Source: Dehalococcoidia bacterium
GTDB taxonomy: Bacteria > Chloroflexota > Dehalococcoidia > Lucifugimonadales > UBA3495
NCBI GenBank assembly: GCA_965203985.1
Contig: CBDBDS010000012.1
Span: 211,907-275,906, forward strand
Reading direction: 5' to 3'
DNA length: 64,000 nucleotides
Shown: positions 9,133-17,638 of the stretch, piece by piece
How positions within the stretch are numbered: position 1 is the first letter of the stretch
Layout of the letters: every line of letters begins with the position of its first letter
Made by a program: the position numbers and the translations under genes
The notes under the pieces: model-generated
The model's input: only the letters and a program-made list of their open reading frames with translations
Told to the model about the DNA's origin: nothing
Databases searched by the model: none

Positions 9133-9840
9133 TTATGCGCCTACTTCTACTTCGTAACGGGAGGGGAGAAAACTCTTGGGCAGCCATGGATATTCGCAGT
9201 CCACTGGTGGAATGATGGCGATATGCGCCCAGATGTGGCTGTCATCGGGAAGTTTGGCCTCGGGCCAGTCAATCCAACGACCGGGTTTGACCGGTGGGTA
9301 GCGTTGGCTCTCCCCGGTCAGGTCAATGACCACGCAAATGCCGATAGCGCCCGAATTAGCGGGAATCACCGCATCCTTGAGTGTCCTGATGTATTGTTTC
9401 GCTCTATCTTGATGAAACTTGCCTGTTTTGAGATCCACTGCAAGCAGCAGATTGCCGCCAACGTCCAGAACAGCCAAATCAAAGAAGTGGCCCGGCTGTC
9501 CATAGGAAACCCGCAAATTCAAACCCAACGCGTTGATCATCCCTTCCACACGCCGGCGTAAGACGTCAATTACAGACAGCCCGGTATCAACAACGTCTGC
9601 TTGGTAGCGCCAGCGCAACCCGGCCAACGCCGTTCCGAATATACCGAAGGCCAACAACGGTTCCTCGGCCATCCCTGCCCGTTCGCGTTCATCCCAGAGG
9701 ATTTCCAATCCGATAACGTTGTCATCGCGGTCGTAGTCCGCGATGAAATCGTAGGCGAATTCCCCGCTGGTTTCGTAATCGGCGTAGTCGGCGAAGTACA
9801 GATTGATGCCTTCGTCATCACGCGTTATTCGGGCTGGCAT
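9133..9840 (-). CDS. DUF2283-like N-terminal domain fused to a PD-(D/E)xK (YhcG-like) nuclease-fold domain
   Basis: The N-terminus (...DDEGINLYFAD...DYDRDDNVIGLEILWD) fits the DUF2283 pattern. The C-terminal FFDLAVLDVGGNLLLAVDLKTGKF...AKQYIRTL fits the D-x(n)-(D/E)-x-K...Q-x-x-Y nuclease motif. Confidence 0.6.
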   Translation of the reverse strand: MPARITRDDEGINLYFADYADYETSGEFAYDFIADYDRDDNVIGLEILWDERERAGMAEEPLLAFGIFGTALAGLRWRYQADVVDTGLSVIDVLRRRVEGMINALGLNLRVSYGQPGHFFDLAVLDVGGNLLLAVDLKTGKFHQDRAKQYIRTLKDAVIPANSGAIGICVVIDLTGESQRYPPVKPGRWIDWPEAKLPDDSHIWAHIAIIPPVDCEYPWLPKSFLPSRYEVEVGA

Positions 9841-10070
9841 GGGAACTCCCGATCAAAATGAACGGTAATCACGTACTCACGGCGATTCTCTGGGACTACC
9901 ACCTTCAACATTTGTCGGCGCCCCGGTATACAACGCAAAATCTGGACGCGGTCTGGGTGCTTTGGATCTGATCGGACCACATCCGGATCATTTAGACAAA
10001 GCTCTACCCACTCTTCAGGATATCTGCGCTCCACCATCTTTTCTCGCGCGTGCCGGCTGTACTCAATCAT
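9825..10070 (-). CDS. DUF4258 domain protein (putative toxin)
   Basis: IEYSRHAREKMVERRYPEEWVE...MLKVVV...YVITVHF fits the DUF4258 pattern. It overlaps the downstream DUF2283 fusion gene by 16 nt. Confidence 0.65.
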   Translation of the reverse strand: MIEYSRHAREKMVERRYPEEWVELCLNDPDVVRSDPKHPDRVQILRCIPGRRQMLKVVVPENRREYVITVHFDREFPCQPE

Positions 10071-10085
10071 ATCAAAGCCGGCGCA

Positions 10086-11135
10086 TCAGAACTGCCGCAA
10101 AAACCTCACATCGTTCCGGTAGAAATGCCGGATGTCGTCAATCCCATATTTCAGCATCCCGATGCGTTCCGGCCCCATGCCGAACGCGAACCCCGTGTAA
10201 CGCTGCGGGTCGTACCCCACTCCCTCAAGCACTCTCGGATGCACCATCCCCGCGCCCATGATCTCGATCCAGTCCTCGTCCCGATTGATAGGTCTGCGGC
10301 CCGTCTCCGGGTCAACAAAGTTGGAGATGGACATGTCCACGCCCGGCTCGACAAAGGGGAAGTAGTCGCACCGGAAGCGGATCTGTCGGTCCTCGCCGAA
10401 CATCCGCCGCGCGAATTCGTACAGCGTGCCCTTCAGGTCGGCAAAGGTGATCCCCTCCGCCACGGCCAGGCCCTCGATCTGGTAGAAGTGCCATTCGTGG
10501 GTGGCGTCCGTAGCCTCGTAGCGGTAGCATTTGCCCGGCACTATGACCCGCACCGGCGGATCCTGCGCCTCCATCACCCGCGCCTGCATCGGCGACGTGT
10601 GCGTGCGCAGCAGCATCGGTTGCTGCCCCTCTTCGTTGGCGTAGTCGATCCACAGCGAGTTCCACATGTCCCGTGCCGGGTGCCCCGCCGGAATGTTGAG
10701 CATCTCGAAGTTGTAATGGTCCAGCTCAACCTCAGGACCTTCCACCACGCTGAACCCCATCGCCATGAACGCCGCGCAGATCTCCCGCACGATCTGCGTC
10801 GTCGGGTGCAGCCGCCCTGTGATGACCGGCCGCCCCGGCAGGGTGACGTCCAGCGCGTCTTGCGATGCAAGGGCGGCCTGGGCGATCTCGCGGGTACGGC
10901 GCGCCAGCGCTTCTTCCAGCGCGTTTTTGGCCTGGTTGGCCCGCGAACCTACTTCGCGTCTCTGGTCCGGGGCCAACTCCGAAAGCGACCGCAGCAGTCC
11001 CGTCAGCGTCCCCCGTCGCCCCAGGTACGCCACCCGCCATTGCTCGACCCCGTCCGCCTCGCCGATGCCGTTCAGCTCGTCGAGCGCGTCGCGGGTCAAT
11101 TGGTCGATGGATTCTACGGAAGGCGCGTTGGTCAT
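10086..11135 (-). CDS. pheS: Phenylalanine--tRNA ligase alpha subunit
   Basis: The class II aaRS PheS core is present (HPARDMWNS, FRCDYFPFVEPG, GAGMVHP, FAFGMGPERI). Confidence 0.95.
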   Translation of the reverse strand: MTNAPSVESIDQLTRDALDELNGIGEADGVEQWRVAYLGRRGTLTGLLRSLSELAPDQRREVGSRANQAKNALEEALARRTREIAQAALASQDALDVTLPGRPVITGRLHPTTQIVREICAAFMAMGFSVVEGPEVELDHYNFEMLNIPAGHPARDMWNSLWIDYANEEGQQPMLLRTHTSPMQARVMEAQDPPVRVIVPGKCYRYEATDATHEWHFYQIEGLAVAEGITFADLKGTLYEFARRMFGEDRQIRFRCDYFPFVEPGVDMSISNFVDPETGRRPINRDEDWIEIMGAGMVHPRVLEGVGYDPQRYTGFAFGMGPERIGMLKYGIDDIRHFYRNDVRFLRQF

Positions 11136-11179
11136 GATAACGAATACAAGCGATTGCCGAATACGGATGGGCCTAAAAA

Positions 11180-11209
11180 ATTATAGGCAGCGCCCCGCCG
11201 AAGGGTCAA
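11180..11209 (-). promoter_or_regulatory. Sigma-70-like promoter upstream of pheS
   Basis: On the minus strand: TTGACC - 18 nt - TATAAT, about 45 nt upstream of the pheS ATG. It overlaps the stop of the upstream esterase paralogue. Confidence 0.45.
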
Positions 11210-12102
11210 GAAATCTCCACGCCCAAACGCGCCGCCAGCCAGGCCCCGCGCTCCAGACCATGGATGTGTCCTCCGCCTTCCGCCGCGCCGTCGTACACCC
11301 TGAAATCGCACTCGGGCAGCGCCTCCGCCAACTCCTCGGCAAACGCCAACGGGCACAGGCTCCGGTCGAGCCGTCCCGCGCTCATCAGGACCGGGCATCG
11401 CACCGCCGGCGCGGTGGTCACCGGGTTGATTGCCGACAGCAGCGACTCCACGGCGCCTTCGCTGCCCGGATTCGCCCGCAGGTAGTCGCCTAATTCCGCC
11501 AGTGGATAACCGAGACCAGGCTCCAGCGCGGCCGGATGACCCAGCGCCAGCGGTGTATCCGCCGCCACGGCCGATACTGCCGACCGGCGGGCCGCCGTCG
11601 CCAGTGCCAGGCTCGCCCCAAGGCCCGCTCCGGTCAGCGCCAACACACCCGACAACTCGACGATGCCCGGCATGCCCAGCACGTCCACCGCCCGCAACGC
11701 GTCGGCGTACGCTCCAAAGAGGGTGTATGCGTCGGCGCTATCGATGCCGTCCGTCAACAGACCCGGGTAGCTGGCCTGCACCAACCCGTCGCTGTTTCTC
11801 TGCCCCCGGTGGGTCGCGTTCATCACCACGGCCCGCTGCCGCAACGGCGTGTAGATGATGTCGTGCACGCTGGCGTAGTCCGGCATCCGCACCAATGCCG
11901 GAAACGGCCCGTCGCCATGCGGGACCGACAGCCAGGCGAACAGCCGGTGTCCGCCCGTGCTCGTATAGCGCATCCGGTACACGTCCCACTCCGGTTGCGA
12001 GTAGAACCCGTCCCGCTCAATGGCGATGTCGGCGTCGGTTTCGGCCAGTTGCGCCTCGATCCGTTCCCAGAATGCGGCGGAGCGATGTTGCGCGGACGTC
12101 AT
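11206..12102 (-). CDS. Acetylxylan esterase (CE7/AXE1)-like paralogue lacking the nucleophile serine
   Basis: Homologous along its length to the upstream AXE1 gene. The GxSxG position reads G-A-G-L-G (LTGAGLGASLA versus CCGSSQGGGLT). The start at 12102 forms an ATGA overlap with the upstream stop. Confidence 0.7.
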   Translation of the reverse strand: MTSAQHRSAAFWERIEAQLAETDADIAIERDGFYSQPEWDVYRMRYTSTGGHRLFAWLSVPHGDGPFPALVRMPDYASVHDIIYTPLRQRAVVMNATHRGQRNSDGLVQASYPGLLTDGIDSADAYTLFGAYADALRAVDVLGMPGIVELSGVLALTGAGLGASLALATAARRSAVSAVAADTPLALGHPAALEPGLGYPLAELGDYLRANPGSEGAVESLLSAINPVTTAPAVRCPVLMSAGRLDRSLCPLAFAEELAEALPECDFRVYDGAAEGGGHIHGLERGAWLAARLGVEIS

Positions 12103-13046
12103 GACGTCGCCTCCTGCGCTCCGACCACGCCGATGCGCTCCTCCAGCCAGGCCCGCTCCCGCGCCGGATACTCGTGGGCGTTGCCGTGGCCCGACTCCGG
12201 GAACAGCCACAACTCCCGCTCGCCGCCCAGCAGCCGGTACGCCGCGTAGCTGGTTTCCGGCGGGCATACCTCGTCCTCCAGGGCAATACCGACCACCATG
12301 GGACACAGGATGCGGGGCGCGAAGTTCACCGCGTCGAAATACCGCAACGTGCTCAGCATTTGCTCCGTCCGGTCTGGATGCGCCCGCTGGTAGCACGAAA
12401 GCTCGTCATACGGGTAACTGCGCAGCATCCGCATCGACTCCGGAAAACAGCACAGGAACGGGTAGCCCGCAACACCGGCCTTGATCTCCGGCCGCAATGC
12501 CGACGTTATCAGCGTCAGGCCGCCGCCCTGGCTGCTGCCGCAGCAGAAGATCCGCTCGGCGTCGATCTCCGGCCGCGACAGCAGGAAATCGACCCCGCGC
12601 ACGCAGTCCGCGATCACGCCCTTGTAGCTGTACGTATCCCGATGCTCCACGCCGCTGGTCAGCAGGCCGGGATACCCGGGGTTGAACTCCCCGCTGCTGG
12701 GCAACTTGCCCCTGACGGCCACCGACAGCACCGCGACGCCTTTCGCGCCCCAGTCCCGCCGCAACGCCGGCTCGGACTTGTACCCCGGCAGGTGCAGGAT
12801 CGCGGGAAACGGCCCGTCGCCCACCGCTGGCAGCGCGTACCACGCGAATATCTCCAGCCCGCCCAGGCTGCGGTACGTCGCCTGATACACCTTCACGGCG
12901 TCTGTGCTGCGCATTGGGTCCGCTTCCGCCCGCGCTTCCAGCGGCATCCCGTGCAGTTCCGCCTTGACCTCATCCCAAAAAGCATCAAAATCGTCGGGAC
13001 AGGTCACGTCCGTAACGAATGTCTCCAAGTCCTGTTGAGTAGCCAT
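12099..13046 (-). CDS. Acetylxylan esterase / cephalosporin-C deacetylase family (CE7, AXE1) alpha/beta hydrolase
   Basis: The N-terminal DFDAFW motif is present. The nucleophile elbow GSSQGG, an acidic residue (LEDEVCPP) and a His (ESGHGN) are in the expected order. Confidence 0.8.
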   Translation of the reverse strand: MATQQDLETFVTDVTCPDDFDAFWDEVKAELHGMPLEARAEADPMRSTDAVKVYQATYRSLGGLEIFAWYALPAVGDGPFPAILHLPGYKSEPALRRDWGAKGVAVLSVAVRGKLPSSGEFNPGYPGLLTSGVEHRDTYSYKGVIADCVRGVDFLLSRPEIDAERIFCCGSSQGGGLTLITSALRPEIKAGVAGYPFLCCFPESMRMLRSYPYDELSCYQRAHPDRTEQMLSTLRYFDAVNFAPRILCPMVVGIALEDEVCPPETSYAAYRLLGGERELWLFPESGHGNAHEYPARERAWLEERIGVVGAQEATS

Positions 13047-13299
13047 GCCTACGCTCCTCGGTCCGGCTGGACATCCCCATTATAGCCATGTGTCAACTCG
13101 GGAGAATAATGTCGTTCGCTGTCTCATGCGTGCCCACGTTCGTAATTCGCCAGAACACGGATATACGGGATTTTATGGTTGAACAAGATTGTTAGATCTC
13201 CATCAACGAAGGGTTCCAGTCCTGATAATCCCGAAATCTTGAAAATCCTGCTTCTGACGTTCCACCGTCACAGCCGGGTGCACGTGAGGCCGTGCCCGG

Positions 13300-13365
13300 C
13301 ACCTACGAACCAGAAACCCAATCCCGTCCATGCCATTCATCCCGTCCATCCCTGCCAAACCGCAG
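13300..13365 (+). repeat. C-rich/G-poor dispersed intergenic repeat, copy A
   Basis: ACGAACCAGAAACCCAATCCCGTCCATGCCATTCATCCCGTCCATCCCTGCCAAACC shares the core ATCCCGTCCATCC...TGCCAA with copies at 19505-19543 and 22021-22106. Confidence 0.6.
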
Positions 13366-13393
13366 CCCCCCAACCGTTCGCCAGGGTGCCCGG

Positions 13394-13402
13394 TGTTATA
13401 AT
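13394..13402 (+). promoter_or_regulatory. Extended -10 promoter element (TGTTATAAT) upstream of the dehydrogenase gene
   Basis: TGnTATAAT lies about 50 nt upstream of ATG 13454. An AGGAG RBS follows. Confidence 0.35.
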
Positions 13403-13453
13403 TCGGCCACTTGCCGCCGGTAGCGCATCGGCGCGTTTCAGGAGCGAAAAGGT

Positions 13454-14359
13454 ATGAAAGCTGGGTTTATCGGGGTTGGCAACATGGGCAACCCTATGGC
13501 CGCCAACATGATCAAGGCTGGGCATCAGCTCACCGTCCACGACCTGCGTCGCGAGTCCGCCATCAACCTGCTCGAAATGGGCGCCGAGTGGTCCGACAGC
13601 CCCGCCGGCTGCGTCGCCGGCAACGATGCCGTGTTCACCTCGCTGCCGGTGCCGCGGGACGTTGAAGCTGTGGTGATGGGCGAGAACGGCATCATGTCCG
13701 CCGCCGGCTCCGGCAATGTTTACGTCGACCTGTCCACCAACTCCCCGACGGTCATCCGCCGGATCCACGACGAGTGCGCCGCCCGTGGCGTGACCGTTCT
13801 GGACGCTCCGGTCAGCGGAGGCGTGTACGGCGCGGCCGCCGGCACCCTGGCCGTCATGGTCGGCGGCGACGAGGATACCTACAACACCGTCAAGCCCATG
13901 CTCGACGCCATCGGCGCCCACGTCGTCTATTGCGGCGAGATCGGCAACGGCATGGTCACCAAGATCTGCAACAACCTGCTGTCCATGGGCATCGGCGTCC
14001 TGATGTCCGAGGCCCTGACCCTCGGCGTCAAGGCTGGCGTCTCGTTGGAAACCCTGGCCGACGTCATCGCCAACAGCAGCGGCGGCAACCGTCGGCTCAC
14101 CGAAAAGTTCCCGCGCTACCTCTTTGCGGATAACTTCGAGCCTGGCTTCGCCACCGCCCTGGCCGCCAAGGACGTCCGCCTCGCCACCGACCTCGGCCGC
14201 GAGTACGGCATCCCCATGGAACTCTCCAACCTCGTCGACCAGCGCCACGTCGAAGCCCTCTTCCGCGGCTGGGGCCCCGAAGACTCCGACGCCGTAGCCA
14301 AACTCCAGGAGGAAAAATCCGGCGTCCAGCTCCGCTTCGGTGGCGAGACGGACCGATAA
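13454..14359 (+). CDS. NAD(P)-dependent 3-hydroxyisobutyrate dehydrogenase-type (HIBADH/6PGDH-like) oxidoreductase
   Basis: N-terminal Rossmann motif GFIGVGNMGNPMA, and a family-typical core (VLDAPVSGG, GNGMVTKICNN). Confidence 0.85.
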   Translation: MKAGFIGVGNMGNPMAANMIKAGHQLTVHDLRRESAINLLEMGAEWSDSPAGCVAGNDAVFTSLPVPRDVEAVVMGENGIMSAAGSGNVYVDLSTNSPTVIRRIHDECAARGVTVLDAPVSGGVYGAAAGTLAVMVGGDEDTYNTVKPMLDAIGAHVVYCGEIGNGMVTKICNNLLSMGIGVLMSEALTLGVKAGVSLETLADVIANSSGGNRRLTEKFPRYLFADNFEPGFATALAAKDVRLATDLGREYGIPMELSNLVDQRHVEALFRGWGPEDSDAVAKLQEEKSGVQLRFGGETDR

Positions 14360-14426
14360 TGAGTTGCAAAGTAGGCCGGGTCAGTACATCGACCGCTGAG
14401 ATTGGAGCACCGACAGGAGGGTACTG

Positions 14427-14804
14427 GTGATTACCCACGGCGTGAAGTGCCGCAAACCTGAAGACCATCTGAAAGCTGCTGACCTGGCGCTTGCAAATGG
14501 CGATTACGATACCGGATCGCTTCTCCTGTATCAGTCCGTAGAGTGTGCGTTGCAGCGACTGGCTGAAGCGTCAGGAATGCGCGTTGAATCAAGGTCGGAG
14601 TTCCGGGATTTCGCCGACCGGCTGGACCGCCAGTATGGACGTGATGGTTGGCACGCGCGTAAATTGCGGTTGGCAACCGTTTTCCGTGACAACGCCGCAC
14701 ACCATTTCGCGCCTTCGAACGATATCGTGCTCAGTTGGCCATCCGTTAGAGAGTTTGCCCAAGCGTTGATGGAGTACCAACCTGAGAACCTTGCGGATGG
14801 ATAA
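14427..14804 (+). CDS. HEPN/PaREP1-like helical protein (paralogue 1)
   Basis: An all-helical 125-aa protein with the same layout as the downstream PaREP1-like genes. It contains an R-x4-H motif (FRDNAAHHF). GTG start with AGGAGG 6 nt upstream. Confidence 0.45.
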   Translation: MITHGVKCRKPEDHLKAADLALANGDYDTGSLLLYQSVECALQRLAEASGMRVESRSEFRDFADRLDRQYGRDGWHARKLRLATVFRDNAAHHFAPSNDIVLSWPSVREFAQALMEYQPENLADG

Positions 14805-15171
14805 GATCGACCATTTGGCGGTGGCGGATCGCCTTAATCAATTGGCTGCAAGACTGCGGGCAGATGGCGATGACATCGCCATGGCGGAAATGCTGTGGGG
14901 AACCGTGAACCGCATCACCAACGCTTTAGCCCTTCAGCACGAGCTGGCCTATGGGAATAGCTACCCGCGGGGTGGCCGCGTCATCAGCCATCTTGTCACT
15001 CATCATTGCAACGACGCGGAGCTACAGGACAATTGGCTGTCAGCCAGTGCTTTGCACGGCCACTTTTACACCAGTCACCTTGAGCCTGCGAATTTGGCTG
15101 GGCACGTGCAAGATACGCAAAACCTGATCGACGAACTCCTGAAATTGTGCGATGCTTCTATTGACGAGTGA
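14797..15171 (+). CDS. HEPN/PaREP1-like helical protein (paralogue 2)
   Basis: Helical protein ending its third helix with ...ASALHGHFYTSHL (compare LHxNFY). ATG 14797 overlaps the upstream stop (ATGGATAA). Confidence 0.45.
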   Translation: MDKIDHLAVADRLNQLAARLRADGDDIAMAEMLWGTVNRITNALALQHELAYGNSYPRGGRVISHLVTHHCNDAELQDNWLSASALHGHFYTSHLEPANLAGHVQDTQNLIDELLKLCDASIDE

Positions 15172-15371
15172 ATAATGGACTCGCCAACGCCCCCCGGTGT
15201 GTCCGGATACGACGACGTAAAAGTCAGCGTCTCCATGCACTGCCTTAGTAACACCGTTGCTCAAGCAAGCGCCAGGCCAATATAGAAGTGTGCCGCCCTC
15301 CCAACAAAAAACGTCACTAACTGCCTTCTAAACCGATGGTCACGAGTGCGTAACAGTCCAGTCTCAATGGA

Positions 15372-15764
15372 ATGTCCCACTTCGCTCCATCATTCCAGAA
15401 ACCTCATGTCCACCGAGGCCACACGTTGTTCCGTTCGGCCTACCCCGCCAAAGACCGGCCCGCGTACATCACCCGCTACGTGTACGCCGACACCACGTTG
15501 TCCACCCACGGCGGGACTGCGGGCAAGGTCAGCGTCACCAGCGAGGAGCACACCCGCCTCCAGCAGATGGCCGAGTACCTCGAACGCTGCTGCAACGACC
15601 TTGACGCCGCCGGCTACGACGTCATCTCCATCACCCCCGTCATCAGCGGCCGCACCGCCTACACCCACACCGAGACCACCGACATCTACCCCGGCCACGG
15701 CTACAGCGTCACCGACGGCCTGGTCGTTACCGGCCGCCTCAAGTCCCTGGAGCCCAACCCATGA
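15372..15764 (+). CDS. Hypothetical small protein (start uncertain)
   Basis: Strong C/G third-position bias. The stop overlaps the ATG of the next gene (CCATGA). No family recognised. The alternative-frame 204-aa ORF looks like a low-complexity artefact. Confidence 0.55.
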   Translation: MSHFAPSFQKPHVHRGHTLFRSAYPAKDRPAYITRYVYADTTLSTHGGTAGKVSVTSEEHTRLQQMAEYLERCCNDLDAAGYDVISITPVISGRTAYTHTETTDIYPGHGYSVTDGLVVTGRLKSLEPNP

Positions 15765-16189
15765 CCCAATCCTCTCCCATCGAACCCTTCGACGAGCCGG
15801 CCGCAGCCATCGCCGACTATCGTCAGCAGGCCCGCGAGTTCCTGGCAAAAAGCCGTCAGTACCTGGCCGACGACGACCTGCACCAGGCATCCGAAAAAGG
15901 CTGGGGCGCCGCCGCGTGGATGGCCAAAGCCGTCGCCGATGCACAGGGCTGGGAATATAAAAGGCACGCCCAGTTCAACGTCGTAATGTATAGCGCCCAG
16001 GACTTCGCCGGCGATGCCAGATTAGACGGCCTCCGCGCTTTGGCCAGTGAACTGCACGGCTACTTGTACACCCGCAAGCTTCTTCTGCGCTCCGACGTGA
16101 TCAGTCGCGGGCTGGACCAGATGGGCGTCCTGTTGGACATCCTCGAACCCCTCACCGAAACCGACCGACACGCTGAAGGCGACCCATGA
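15761..16189 (+). CDS. PaREP1-family (HEPN superfamily) protein, tandem copy 1
   Basis: AREFLAKSRQYLADDDLHQASEKGWGAAAWMAKAVA...ELHGYLY matches my recollection of the archaeal PaREP1 signature (QASEKxWGAAA ... LHxNFY). Confidence 0.65.
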   Translation: MTQSSPIEPFDEPAAAIADYRQQAREFLAKSRQYLADDDLHQASEKGWGAAAWMAKAVADAQGWEYKRHAQFNVVMYSAQDFAGDARLDGLRALASELHGYLYTRKLLLRSDVISRGLDQMGVLLDILEPLTETDRHAEGDP

Positions 16190-16599
16190 CCCAATCCTCT
16201 CCCATCGAACCCTTCGACGTGCCGGCCACAGCCATCGCCGACTACCGTCAGCAGGCCCGCGAGTTCCTGGCAAAAAGCCGCCAGTACCTCGCCGAGGATG
16301 ACCTGCACCAGGCATCCGAAAAAGGCTGGGGCGCCGCCGCCTGGATGGCCAAGGCGGCTGCCGAGGCACAAGGTTGGCAGTACAAGAAGCACGATCAATT
16401 CAATGTAGTGCTGAACAATGCCCGTCTTTTGACTGGAGATGGACGACTGCCCGGGCTGCGTGGCATCGCCAACGACCTGCACACAAACTTTTACAAACGC
16501 AGGCTATTGCTGAACGCCGACGCCATTGCTGTAGACTTGGACCACATCTCTACCCTCCTCGACATCCTCGAACCCCTCACCGAAACCAGCACAACCTAG
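16186..16599 (+). CDS. PaREP1-family (HEPN superfamily) protein, tandem copy 2
   Basis: It has the same signature, including LHTNFY. The first ~150 nt and the last ~40 nt are nearly identical to copy 1 at nucleotide level, and the middle is diverged. Confidence 0.65.
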   Translation: MTQSSPIEPFDVPATAIADYRQQAREFLAKSRQYLAEDDLHQASEKGWGAAAWMAKAAAEAQGWQYKKHDQFNVVLNNARLLTGDGRLPGLRGIANDLHTNFYKRRLLLNADAIAVDLDHISTLLDILEPLTETSTT

Positions 16600-16608
16600 G
16601 AGATCCCC

Positions 16609-17637
16609 ATGACCAGCAGCGCAGAACGTCACGTCGAAACCGCCGACACCATCGAGGCCATCGAGGAGTGCTTCCGCCTCGGCTGGACTGACGGCCTCCC
16701 CGTCATCCCACCAGCCGATTACAAGGTCCGCGAGATGCTCTCCACCGCCGGCCTCACCGGCGAGGAGGAACTGCTCAACCTCGATATGCGCAGCCGCGTC
16801 ATCACCTCCGAGAACGCCGCCGCCAACGCGGTCATGGCCGGCTGCGAGGCCGAGTACTTCCCCGTGCTAGTCACCGCCCTGCGCACCCTCGAGGAAGAGC
16901 GCAACTTCGTCAACATGGCCGCTTCGTCCACCAGTTCGCCCAGTATCCTGATGGTGCTCAACGGCCCCATCCGCGAGCAGCTCGGCATCAACAGTCGTGA
17001 CGGCCTCTTCGGCCCCGGCTTCCGCGCCAACGCCAGCATCGGCCGCGCCGTCCGCCTCTGCTTCATGAACGGCTTCGACGCCTGGCCCGGCCAGCTCGAC
17101 CGCGGAACCCTGGGCACTCCGGCCAAGTACACCTTCTGCGTCGCCGAAAACGAGGAAACCTCCCCCTGGGAGCCGCTCCACGTCAGCCGCGGCTTCGACG
17201 CCTCCGACAGCGTGGTCACCGTCGCCGTCGCCTACAACCCGGTCAGCGTGCCGAACAGCTACGCCCACACCGGCCAGGCCATCCTCCTCTCCATCTGCGA
17301 CGCCCTCCGCTCCGCCGCCCTGGCCCATCGCTACCCCGCCCAGTGGGTCATCGTCATCGGACCCGAACACGCCCTGACCCTCCAGGGCGACGGCTGGACC
17401 CGCCGCGACATCCAGGACTTCCTCATTGAGAACAGCGGCCGCTCCCGTGCCGAACTCGTCCGCCTCGGTTCCAAGCAGGGCCCGGAACAACCCGGCGACG
17501 AAGAACTCATCATGCGCTGCGCCATCGACCCGAACGACATCCTCATCATGCACGGCGGCGGCACCGGCGGCCGCTACAGCGCCATCATCGACACCACCGG
17601 CTACCGCATCCGCACGCGCAAGATCGGCGGGGATTAG
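16609..17637 (+). CDS. Conserved hypothetical protein (342 aa), first gene of the selenoprotein-containing string
   Basis: AGGAG RBS and good coding bias. Motifs GWTDGLPVIPP and AANAVMAGCEAEYFPV. I cannot assign a family. Confidence 0.7.
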   Translation: MTSSAERHVETADTIEAIEECFRLGWTDGLPVIPPADYKVREMLSTAGLTGEEELLNLDMRSRVITSENAAANAVMAGCEAEYFPVLVTALRTLEEERNFVNMAASSTSSPSILMVLNGPIREQLGINSRDGLFGPGFRANASIGRAVRLCFMNGFDAWPGQLDRGTLGTPAKYTFCVAENEETSPWEPLHVSRGFDASDSVVTVAVAYNPVSVPNSYAHTGQAILLSICDALRSAALAHRYPAQWVIVIGPEHALTLQGDGWTRRDIQDFLIENSGRSRAELVRLGSKQGPEQPGDEELIMRCAIDPNDILIMHGGGTGGRYSAIIDTTGYRIRTRKIGGD

Positions 17638-17638
17638 C

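Noticed and set aside
11136-11205. A T-box or other leader upstream of pheS.
   Set aside because: The distance from the predicted promoter to the ATG is only about 45 nt. That is far too short for a T-box, and no specifier/antiterminator structure is seen.
15346-15960. A 204-aa Pro/Thr/Ala/Ser/Arg-rich ORF overlapping the small orphan gene and the first PaREP1-like gene.
   Set aside because: It is an out-of-frame read of two real genes. It is low-complexity, crosses a gene boundary, and has the wrong codon-position GC pattern.
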